Under the pieces are notes generated by a model. It was not told the origin of the DNA, did not search any database, and was given only the letters and a program-made list of their open reading frames with translations. Below are positions 1 through 8,108 of a stretch of 64,000 bases of DNA, in pieces. A program made the position numbers and the translations under genes. Source of the DNA: Arenicellales bacterium (GTDB taxonomy: Bacteria > Pseudomonadota > Gammaproteobacteria > BMS3Bbin11); the NCBI GenBank assembly GCA_048550195.1, contig JBLYYR010000081.1, positions 5,244-69,243 of the forward strand, read 5' to 3'. Position 1 is the first letter of the stretch, and each line of letters starts with the position of its first letter.

Positions 1-1
1 T

Positions 2-325
2 CAAAGATGTCGTAAGGCAACAGGCACCGGACATGCAAGTAATATACTGATCTCCCCGATTAGCAGTCTGTCCTGGACGAGTGGTGAGTCATTACTGGTA
101 CGCTATAAAGTACCAGAGGCGAACAGATTCTATAATTGTTTTTGTGCGAAATGTGGCAGCCCTATGCCCAGAGAGGTAAAAGAACTGGATGCGGTGCTTG
201 TCCCTGCAGGATCGATAGATGATGATTTACCGGAATTACCGCAGCAGCGCATTTTCTGGGACTCACGTACTGAATGGTCGTGTCCAGCCGGTGATCTGCC
301 TGTCTTTTCAAAATATCCTGAGTGA
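2..325 (+). CDS. GFA/CENP-V family protein (glutathione-dependent formaldehyde-activating-like), 5'-partial at window edge
   Basis: Frame 2 is open from base 2 to TGA at 323-325, with no start in the window. The translation ..QRCRKATGTGHASN..FYNCFCAKCGSPMPREV.. carries the two Cys motifs typical of GFA (CxxCRKxTG and FCxxCGS). It is not in the ORF track because it lacks a start. Confidence 0.5.
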   Translation, partial: QRCRKATGTGHASNILISPISSLSWTSGESLLVRYKVPEANRFYNCFCAKCGSPMPREVKELDAVLVPAGSIDDDLPELPQQRIFWDSRTEWSCPAGDLPVFSKYPE

Positions 326-417
326 GCTTATTTATTGTCCGCGTTAAGTACCACCCGTTTACGGAGTATGGCCCGTGTGTTAGCCGCCACACAAGTATCT
401 GGCTGTAGGCCAGGGCT

Positions 418-1656
418 ATGAACAGGGCCTTTATCTCGACCCTGTTAATATCAACAGGAATGCTCGCACTGGCACTGCTGCTGCTTCCATGGGCTGAGAA
501 TGTACCTGCCGGCATAAATCAGATCAGGCATTACGCACCCTATCCGGTATTAGTCGTCACGATGATACTGAGCTTACTTTTTAATCAGACGCGCTTATTT
601 TTTGTCCTGTACCTCACGGCTATTTTTCTTCTGTTGATACTGGGTGACCTGAACCCGCCTGCCTATTTTTCTGGAATAGAAGAGTATAAGTTCATTCAGC
701 TGGTTTTTCTGGTTTATCTTGTAACACTGATATTCTTTCTTTTTGTACAAGAGCGTGGTGTATTAACGGTAAAGGGGGGGCTGCGGCTGCTTTTATGTAC
801 AGCGCTACCCCTGGTTCCTCTTTTTCTGGCGATGGAGCCGTCGTTTATCAGTACTAGCTGGCTCAGTCTCACTATTTTCCCTCAGGAAATAAGTCAGTTT
901 TTACCTCTATCCGATGTCATCGTTGCACTATACATTCTCGCTATGGCAATAGTGCTATTAGCATTATGGTTTCACACAGAGCTGGTAGAGAGTAGTTTTT
1001 TTGCACTACTTTTGGGGGCAGGACTGGCACTGTATTTTTTTCCCGTAATGGCACGCGTAGAATTTATATTTTTCATTGCGCTACTGGCCGTGCTGGTGTT
1101 TATTCTTCGAAACAGTTTTTATCTGGCCTATCGGGATGAGTTGACCAGCCTTGCCGGTAGACGCTCGTTGCGTGAGCAGATGGATAAGCTTGGCAGCCTT
1201 TACAGCATTGCTATGATCGATGTTGATTTTTTTAAGAAATTCAATGACCGCTATGGCCATGATACGGGTGACCAGGTACTTAAAATGGTTGCAGGGAAAA
1301 TAGCCAGGGCTGGCGGTGGCAGCAAAGCATATCGTTATGGGGGGGAGGAGTTTACGCTTGTTTTTCCCGGCAGGTCTGTAAAGGATACATTGCCGTTCCT
1401 GGAATCATTGCGAAATTCGATTGCTGATGAGACTTTTATCATTCGAGGCAAGGGCAGGCCGCGACAAAAACCTGCCGGTAAAAACAAATCATCAGGTAAA
1501 AAAACCAGGTCATTGAAGAATGGTGTTAATGTTACCGTGAGTATTGGAGTGGCTGACAATCAGGGTGCCGGGAGTACGGGCAAGGAAGTGTTAAAGATTT
1601 CAGACAAAGCCCTTTATCGCGCAAAGAAAAAAGGCCGCAATCGCGTTAGTAAATAA
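418..1656 (+). CDS. membrane-anchored diguanylate cyclase (multi-TM N-terminal domain + GGDEF, active site GGEEF)
   Basis: The N-terminal ~230 aa are hydrophobic and multi-helix. The C-terminal domain has DxDxFKxxND, RYGGEEF and the VTVSIGVA strand. There is a lysine/arginine-rich insertion (RGKGRPRQKPAGKNKSSGKKTRSLK) inside the GGDEF fold. Stop is TAA. Confidence 0.8.
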   Translation: MNRAFISTLLISTGMLALALLLLPWAENVPAGINQIRHYAPYPVLVVTMILSLLFNQTRLFFVLYLTAIFLLLILGDLNPPAYFSGIEEYKFIQLVFLVYLVTLIFFLFVQERGVLTVKGGLRLLLCTALPLVPLFLAMEPSFISTSWLSLTIFPQEISQFLPLSDVIVALYILAMAIVLLALWFHTELVESSFFALLLGAGLALYFFPVMARVEFIFFIALLAVLVFILRNSFYLAYRDELTSLAGRRSLREQMDKLGSLYSIAMIDVDFFKKFNDRYGHDTGDQVLKMVAGKIARAGGGSKAYRYGGEEFTLVFPGRSVKDTLPFLESLRNSIADETFIIRGKGRPRQKPAGKNKSSGKKTRSLKNGVNVTVSIGVADNQGAGSTGKEVLKISDKALYRAKKKGRNRVSK

Positions 1657-1694
1657 ATACTACTCGAGTCTTATACTTTTCGGCTATGCTTTTA

Positions 1695-1811
1695 GGTACC
1701 TCTGATCAATTCATGGACTCGTATCTTACGCTTAATACATCCAGTTTTTTCGTTGAAAATCTCAATATATTAAATCGCAATCTACTTCATCCAGACACAT
1801 CAGAGGTTCCC
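1695..1811. mobile_element. MITE-like repeat, copy A (~117 bp)
   Basis: Terminal inverted repeats AGGTACCTCTGAT ... ATCAGAGGTTCCC. The internal sequence (..tcatggactcgtatcttacgcttaatacatccagttttttcgttg..tatattaaatcgcaatctacttcatcc..) recurs at 35079-35315. It is intergenic, upstream of the thioredoxin-fold gene. Confidence 0.5.
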
Positions 1812-1837
1812 TAAATAAATGAAAACTGAGGGGTAAA

Positions 1838-3106
1838 GTGAGACATAGATATAAGGCATATTTACTAGTGTCACTCAGCCTGATGGTGTTTAAGGCGAGT
1901 GCTATTACCAGTCTGTCGGTAGAAGTTCAGGATGAAGAATTGTCCATTGAGCGCTATCTGGCAAAAGGTGATCAGTTGGTATTATATATTTCTCCTGGCA
2001 TGGGCTTACCTGAGCGGGTCAGTCGTATTTCTGCAGGGGTGGCTGAACTTGGCATCGAATTCTGGCATATTGATATTGCTGAAAATCTATTTCTGCCTAA
2101 AACCACCAGCACATTCCGGGAGTTGGACGGACGTTTTGTTGCGGGCCTGATTGAAAAGGCACATGAGCTTACCGGTAAAAATGTGACAGTGATGGCGCAT
2201 GCCTATGCTTCTCTCCCGGCACTGCGTGGAATACGAAAATGGCAGCTACGGAATACTTCCCTGTCATCTCAGGAAAATAGCGTTTATTTAAATGGTTTGA
2301 TTCTGTTGTCACCGGATCTTTATATCGAGATGCCTGATCTGGGGCTGGATCCAGTTTTTGATCCGATAAGTTCGGCAAGCAATATTCCAGTCATGATTTT
2401 CCAAAGTGGCAGCCGTGGTAACCGCTGGCAGCTGGAAAAACTGATTGCCGAACTGCAGAAAGGCGATGCACAGGTTTTCTCAAAAATATTCCCGGGTGTG
2501 GCGGGTATTTTTTATGGAGAGGATGTTGCACCAGAAACCCTGGCTCTAATCAAATCCCTGCCTGGTGAAATTGAGCACGCCAGTCGTTTATTATCACGCA
2601 TACCGACACCAGTAAAGGCGCATTCTCTGCCGGAGGAAGTCATAATTCCTGCAGTAATGCTGGATATGTCGTTAAAACCTTTTAAGGGCAACCCTGTGCC
2701 GCCGATTCTAAATCTTTTTAGTGTACGTGGTGATAGAGTAATTCATAGTGATTACATGGGAAAAGTGACAGTTGTAAACTTTTGGGCAAGCTGGTGTCGC
2801 CCCTGCATTGAGGAAATTCCATCGTTAAATCGTTTGCGGGAACAGATGAAAGGTAGCCCTTTCGAACTTATTTCGGTCGACTATGCTGAAGAGAAATCCA
2901 ATGTTATGAAATTCATGCAAGAAGTGAATGTTAATTTCCCCGTCCTTCTCGATAGCGACGGAAAGGTTTCAGCGCTATGGAATGTACTGGTCTTTCCTTC
3001 GACATTTGTTGTCGCTCCAGACGGGAAAATTGTATACGGTGTCAGGGGGGGGCTATACTGGGATAGCCCTGAAGTTGTAAAACAACTGAAGTCTCTGATG
3101 GATTAA
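1838..3106 (+). CDS. secreted thiol:disulfide oxidoreductase with TlpA/ResA-like thioredoxin fold (WCRPC) fused to an uncharacterised ~270-aa N-terminal domain
   Basis: Signal-like N-terminus. The C-terminal ~140 aa have VVNFWASWCRPCIEEIPSL..FPVLLD..G..P.TF(V)V, the classic TlpA/ResA pattern. GTG start at 1838 is preceded by GAGGGG. Confidence 0.65.
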   Translation: MRHRYKAYLLVSLSLMVFKASAITSLSVEVQDEELSIERYLAKGDQLVLYISPGMGLPERVSRISAGVAELGIEFWHIDIAENLFLPKTTSTFRELDGRFVAGLIEKAHELTGKNVTVMAHAYASLPALRGIRKWQLRNTSLSSQENSVYLNGLILLSPDLYIEMPDLGLDPVFDPISSASNIPVMIFQSGSRGNRWQLEKLIAELQKGDAQVFSKIFPGVAGIFYGEDVAPETLALIKSLPGEIEHASRLLSRIPTPVKAHSLPEEVIIPAVMLDMSLKPFKGNPVPPILNLFSVRGDRVIHSDYMGKVTVVNFWASWCRPCIEEIPSLNRLREQMKGSPFELISVDYAEEKSNVMKFMQEVNVNFPVLLDSDGKVSALWNVLVFPSTFVVAPDGKIVYGVRGGLYWDSPEVVKQLKSLMD

Positions 3107-3179
3107 TGGTTTGGATTAATCAGAGTTTGCTAAGATTTGAGTTTGCTAATGACACAGAATTTTGAACATTACCGAATTA

Positions 3180-4406
3180 TTAACTGACTGCCTGGTTGAT
3201 CAATTTATCTGCGTCCTGAGAATCTTCGCGAGTAAAGTTTGCAAGCCCTCCTTCTTCCTTCTTTTCCTCTCCTAGAATACCCCATTCTGTTCCAGGTGCT
3301 GAATCTTCCTGTTCATTACTCCTTTTACTGTTGAGCTTAATGTAGAGCTTAAGCTCATTTAGTGAGTCGGCATTCCTTAGTGCATCCTCAAGAGTTATTT
3401 TTTCTGATTCATATAATTCAAACAGTGCCTGATCAAAGGTGCGCATGCCATGTTTTGCACCTTTTTGCATTTGTTCCTTAAGCTCATGAACATGTCCCTT
3501 GAATATTAAAGATTGCACCATAGGTGTATTCATAAGTATTTCGATTGCCGCACAACGACCTTTTTTATCAACTGTGGGCAGCAGTCGCTGTGACATGATA
3601 CATTTCATATTCAGTGACAAATCCATCAGTAATTGCTGTCTTTTTGCTTCAGGAAAAAAGTTGATGATCCGGTCCATTGCCTGATTTGCACTGTTTGCAT
3701 GTAATGTAGCCATACACAGGTGTCCTGTTTCGGCAAATGCAATGGCGTACTCCATCGTTTCCTGATCACGTATTTCACCAATCAGTATTACATCTGGTGC
3801 CTGGCGTAACGTATTTTTTAAAGCAGCAAACCAGTTCTTTGTATCGACTCCCACTTCTCGCTGGGTGACCAGGCAGTTCTTGTTGTTGTGTACGTATTCG
3901 ACAGGATCCTCAATGGTAATAATATGACCATTGGTGTTTTCATTTCGATGATCAATCATTGCAGCAAGCGAAGTCGATTTTCCTGAACCGGTACCACCCA
4001 CGACGATGACTAGTCCGCGTTTGCTCAGGCAGACATTTTTCAGGACTTTGGGTAGTTTCAGACTGTCAAATTTTGGTATGTCAGTCGTAATTGTACGCAA
4101 TACCATTCCGACATCACCCTGTTGCTGATAAACATTGACACGAAATCTACCGATACCTTTGGGGTGTATAGCGAAGTTGCATTCCAGTTCTTCTTCAAAT
4201 TCAGCTCTCTGTTTTTCATTCATTGCAGCATTAGCAATGGCACGGGTATGTGTTGAGCTTAACCGTTGCTCAGAGACTGCGGTCATCTCACCATGGACCT
4301 TTATTGAGGGAGGAAAGTCTTCTGATATAAAAAGGTCAGAAGCGTCTTTGCTTAGCATTATTTTAAGGAGATTGTTCAGGTATTCAACAGCCTGTTCGTG
4401 ATTCAT
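3180..4406 (-). CDS. type IV pilus retraction (twitching motility) ATPase, PilT/PilU family
   Basis: Walker A GGTGSGKST and the conserved PilT core (..IITIEDPVEY.., ..ILIGEIRD.., ..GHLCMATLHANSA..). 408 aa with a C-terminal acidic extension; the length fits PilU-like members better. Confidence 0.85.
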   Translation of the reverse strand: MNHEQAVEYLNNLLKIMLSKDASDLFISEDFPPSIKVHGEMTAVSEQRLSSTHTRAIANAAMNEKQRAEFEEELECNFAIHPKGIGRFRVNVYQQQGDVGMVLRTITTDIPKFDSLKLPKVLKNVCLSKRGLVIVVGGTGSGKSTSLAAMIDHRNENTNGHIITIEDPVEYVHNNKNCLVTQREVGVDTKNWFAALKNTLRQAPDVILIGEIRDQETMEYAIAFAETGHLCMATLHANSANQAMDRIINFFPEAKRQQLLMDLSLNMKCIMSQRLLPTVDKKGRCAAIEILMNTPMVQSLIFKGHVHELKEQMQKGAKHGMRTFDQALFELYESEKITLEDALRNADSLNELKLYIKLNSKRSNEQEDSAPGTEWGILGEEKKEEGGLANFTREDSQDADKLINQAVS

Positions 4407-4661
4407 ACTACACCTTCTATATATATTTATTGATCAAGTATAGTCGGACACTGGAAAGAATCTATGAAATTTCCAAATTTGTTGGATTTTTATTAAGGTG
4501 GCGCGCAGATACTCGCTTTTCGCAGCCATTAAGCTATTGTGCGTCTACCTGTTGAGATGGCCTTTATAGCTGGCTTGCTTTATCTGCTTCACCTGTCAGA
4601 TAGAATTTTTTCATCTGCTTACAGATATGATTTTACTTCTGTTAAATGTTGCAGAGTAGCT

Positions 4662-5576
4662 CTATAGATGGATACCATTTTCAATCCACTTGCGGATGCG
4701 GTTTGAATCGCCCGTGGGTGTTAGTTTGCCATAGGAATTCAGCAAAACAATCACTAGTGGCTGCTGAGCGATCTCTGCCTGCATTGTCAGACAACGGCCT
4801 GCCTCGTTGATATATCCTGATTTGCTGAGGCGTATCTCCCAGTCTTTGCTCTAAATTAGACGGTTGGTATTGCCGTAACGGAGTGGCCCCTTTCCTTTGT
4901 AAGGATATACTGACATTTTTTTTGTCGTGGTTGCTTTTCTGATTAGTGGGTATTTCAGTGCGGCACGTACCATGGTTACCAGGTCTCTGGCCGAGGCAAC
5001 ATTGCCAGATTTAAGTCCTACTGGATCAGCAAAGTGGCTGTTTTGCATACCGAGAGATTTTGCCTTTTTATTCATTGCCCTGATAAAAGCCTGCATGCCG
5101 CCTGGGTAGGTGCGCCCGAGGGAGGCAGCGGCGCGATTTTCTGATGACATCAATGCTAGCGTGATCATTTCCTTCCTGCTTAATTTTGCCCCGTATTTTA
5201 GACGCGAGCCGGTGCCGCGAATACGGTCTCGATCTGCTTTACTAATGGTGATTTTTTGCTCTAGCGGTAATTTTGCATCCAGTGTAACCATTGCTGTCAT
5301 TAGCTTGGTGATGGAGGCGATTGGGCGGGGCTTGTTCGAATCCTTGGCATAGACATCATTGCCATAAATATCGGTGACCAGTGCCGATGCCGACTTAAGT
5401 TGTAATTTTTTTGGGTTAAGGGCACGCCATTTCATCGTGACAGAAGCTTTTCGGGCGAGACTGTCACCGCTGCTTAACGTTGCTACCTGTATCGAACTAT
5501 GTGCTGCATCGTCTGCCTGAACGGTTACGCTCAGCAGTGGAAGAGTAAATAGGCAGAAGAGAAATATTTTAATCAT
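4662..5576 (-). pseudogene. pbpG: D-alanyl-D-alanine endopeptidase (PBP7/PbpG-like) interrupted by an in-frame TAG at 4851..4853
   Basis: Signal peptide, SITK (SxxK) and SSEN (SxN) motifs. The ORF ends ..GNTNRLI-TAG, then the same frame continues for 62 codons (SKDWEIRLSKSGYINEAGRCL..NSYGKLTPTGDSNRIRKWIENGIHL) carrying the KTG-box equivalent (KSG) and a PBP7-type C-terminus. That continuation ends at a TAG at 4662-4664. Confidence 0.7.
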
Positions 5577-5678
5577 TTGTTATATTAAATTTTCAGAAGT
5601 CAGATAATAAATAAATTTAAAAATTTTAACGTATTCTACAGCATGATTGCAGAGGAGGTTTTATTCAACTATGGCGAT

Positions 5679-7376
5679 TTAGTGGTATTTTGAAACCTTA
5701 TTTCTCCCCGTTTGCTTGGCTTGATACATGGCGTGGTCTGCCGCACTCATCAGTTCATCGATGCTTGTGCTGGAATTATACTTCTGACTCAGAACACCGA
5801 TTGAAAGCGTAACGTGTATCTTCTTACCGTTCCATATAAAAGGGGTTTTTTCCACCGAGAGTCTCAGGTGTTCAGCTCTCCTGAGTAGTGTTTCCTCATC
5901 ACAGATGAAATGTGCAACAAATTCATCTCCACCGTAGCGCGCAACGATGTCGCCGGGTCGTGTGGACTTGTATAATTCTTCTGCCACCTTCGTCAAAACA
6001 TAATCACCGGCAGCGTGCCCAAAATTGTCATTAATCTGTTTGAAATTATCAACATCCAGCAGCATGATGCCAATATCCTGCGTAAGAGGTTTGCTTAGTG
6101 CATCACTCAGGGCGTTTTCAAAATAACGTCTATTACCAATTTCTGTCAGGTAATCTCTTACACTTAGCTCCTGTAGCCGTACATTGGCATTTCTCAATTC
6201 TGCTGTTGCCTCTTCTACCTTCTTCTTCAGGGAGTCGTTTAGTACTACAATCTCATTGTTGGATAAACGAATGCGATTGATAAGCATAGATAAAGATTCC
6301 CAGAGTTGACGGACTTCCATTGGGCTATGTTCTGGAACTTTACCCAGTATTTCCCCTGCTGATTGCAGGTCCAGCCTACTGGCATTGGCAGCAAGCGTGT
6401 TGATCGGCCTGGTGATCCAGCGTGCCAGCAAAAAAGCAGCCAGGATGGCGATCAATATTCCAAACACTGACCAGCTCAGCACCTTAGCCATCATTGTATT
6501 GACGGCAGTTTCAATTTCGGACTTCGGTTGAGGGACCATAACACCCCAGCCCAGTTCTTTGATCCCGGCGTAGCCAGCCACCATATCGGCTTTCATAAAA
6601 CTGGAATAAAATGTCATAACGCCAGTTTTACCTCTGATCATTTTCTGTACGATAGGCCAGTCTGAGATGTCACGCATTTCTTTTACCCACTCTGGATTCG
6701 GGTGAGCAACTACCTGCCCCCTGCTATCGACAAAGGCGCTATGACCTTTTATGCCGAACGCTACCTTACTGCGGATAACTTCCAGAGGATGTATGTCAAG
6801 TTCAGCAAAAAGTACGGCTTTAAGCTGGCCGCTGGCATCCTGCACAGCCTGGCTCATAACTATGACGGGCTTGCCGGTGATGAAACTGCGATGCATATTT
6901 GACATGTCAGTAGTCTTTTTATCCATCAGGATATGCATGAAACAGGCGTGCTGGCTGTAGTCGGGTGCAGGGTTGTAGTCCTGGATGCTGTCTTTGACGG
7001 AGAGAGCTTTCAGATTCCCTTCGATATCCAGCAAAGCTATTGCACTGAATCCTTCCAGAAAATGGACAGATTGACCGACTAGTGACTGAAGCTGGCTTAG
7101 GTCCTGATAGGGTAGCTGATTGATAGTACTTGCGAGGATCTGCAATGACTGTTGATGACCGTTAACATACATTTTCAGTGGTTCAGCAAGATTTTGGGCC
7201 AGCAACTGATGTTTTTCAATTAGTTGCTGATGCTGCTGATCCCAGGCTGTTTTGTATAGATATGGCGCAATAATTCCTATCGGCAGCAATGATACCAGTA
7301 CAATGCTAAAAAGAATCAGGCGAGATATCGACCTGTTATGTATGCCGCGAAAATTGATGTCTGAAACCCTCAACAA
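5679..7376 (-). CDS. sensor diguanylate cyclase: TM - periplasmic Cache-like domain - TM - HAMP - GGDEF (GGDEF active site)
   Basis: Two hydrophobic segments flank a ~270-aa periplasmic region. HAMP-like linker, coiled coil, then ..LLDVDNFKQINDNFGHAAGD..RYGGDEFVAHF..SIGV. Confidence 0.8.
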   Translation of the reverse strand: MLRVSDINFRGIHNRSISRLILFSIVLVSLLPIGIIAPYLYKTAWDQQHQQLIEKHQLLAQNLAEPLKMYVNGHQQSLQILASTINQLPYQDLSQLQSLVGQSVHFLEGFSAIALLDIEGNLKALSVKDSIQDYNPAPDYSQHACFMHILMDKKTTDMSNMHRSFITGKPVIVMSQAVQDASGQLKAVLFAELDIHPLEVIRSKVAFGIKGHSAFVDSRGQVVAHPNPEWVKEMRDISDWPIVQKMIRGKTGVMTFYSSFMKADMVAGYAGIKELGWGVMVPQPKSEIETAVNTMMAKVLSWSVFGILIAILAAFLLARWITRPINTLAANASRLDLQSAGEILGKVPEHSPMEVRQLWESLSMLINRIRLSNNEIVVLNDSLKKKVEEATAELRNANVRLQELSVRDYLTEIGNRRYFENALSDALSKPLTQDIGIMLLDVDNFKQINDNFGHAAGDYVLTKVAEELYKSTRPGDIVARYGGDEFVAHFICDEETLLRRAEHLRLSVEKTPFIWNGKKIHVTLSIGVLSQKYNSSTSIDELMSAADHAMYQAKQTGRNKVSKYH

Positions 7377-7513
7377 ATAAAATACTATTTATAATTATTC
7401 TTATGTGAGTTGGTAAGTAAACGCTACAAAATTAAGTATAGACGATTTCTGTGATGTTGGCGGTAAAAAAGAAACCCTTTGTAAATATGGGCTTGTGACT
7501 ATGTCACAGATCA

Positions 7514-7567
7514 GGCTATTGCATCCTTGTATATTAGGCAAAACTAATATATCGGAATGCAATAGCC
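7514..7567 (+). promoter_or_regulatory. perfect 11-bp inverted repeat (GGCTATTGCAT / ATGCAATAGCC, 32-nt spacer) ending 1 nt before the ATG of the 7568 gene
   Basis: Read directly. The 3' arm covers the position where a ribosome-binding site should be. It lies in a divergent promoter region. Confidence 0.4.
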
Positions 7568-8101
7568 ATGAAAAATATATTCACAGTTCTCGTTCTATCA
7601 AGCTTATTCCTTACCGGTTGTTCTGATTCCGGGTCATCAACTTCGTCAGGTGGAGGAACAACGTCAACCTTAAGCGTCGCAGAGACCGAAACCCTGGTAT
7701 ATATGCGCGAAGAAGAAAAGCTGGCACGAGATGTGTATAGAACCTTATTTAACAGATGGAACCTGTCAATCTTCAGTAATATTTCCGCGTCTGAGCAGAC
7801 ACATATGGATACGATGGCCGGGATGCTGGTCACCTACGGCATTGCAGATCCGGTAATCAGCGATGCTACAGGCAGTTTCACAAATCCTGTGCTTGCATCA
7901 TTGTATGATCTGCTGGTGGCACGAGGAAGTACAAGTGCAACCGAAGCCATTCAGGCAGGTATCTTCATCGAAGAGACAGATATTGCTGATCTGCAACAGG
8001 CAATTTCAGAGTCGACACATGACGACCTGATTCGTGCGTATGAAGATCTGCTACAGGGATCATATAATCACTTGCAGGCCTTTAATGCACAGGTGAGGTG
8101 A
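7568..8101 (+). CDS. lipoprotein with ferritin-like (DUF2202-type) domain
   Basis: Lipobox LTGC. The pattern EEEKLARDVY..F..W..IF.NI..SEQTHMD..LL.YGI resembles the DUF2202 ferritin-like family as I recall it. Confidence 0.5.
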   Translation: MKNIFTVLVLSSLFLTGCSDSGSSTSSGGGTTSTLSVAETETLVYMREEEKLARDVYRTLFNRWNLSIFSNISASEQTHMDTMAGMLVTYGIADPVISDATGSFTNPVLASLYDLLVARGSTSATEAIQAGIFIEETDIADLQQAISESTHDDLIRAYEDLLQGSYNHLQAFNAQVR

Positions 8102-8108
8102 TTACATA

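Noticed and set aside
162-515. 117-aa minus-strand ORF
   Set aside because: It lies antisense to the better-supported GFA-family frame (2-325) and overlaps the GGDEF gene start. Low-complexity Ser/Ala run, no motif.
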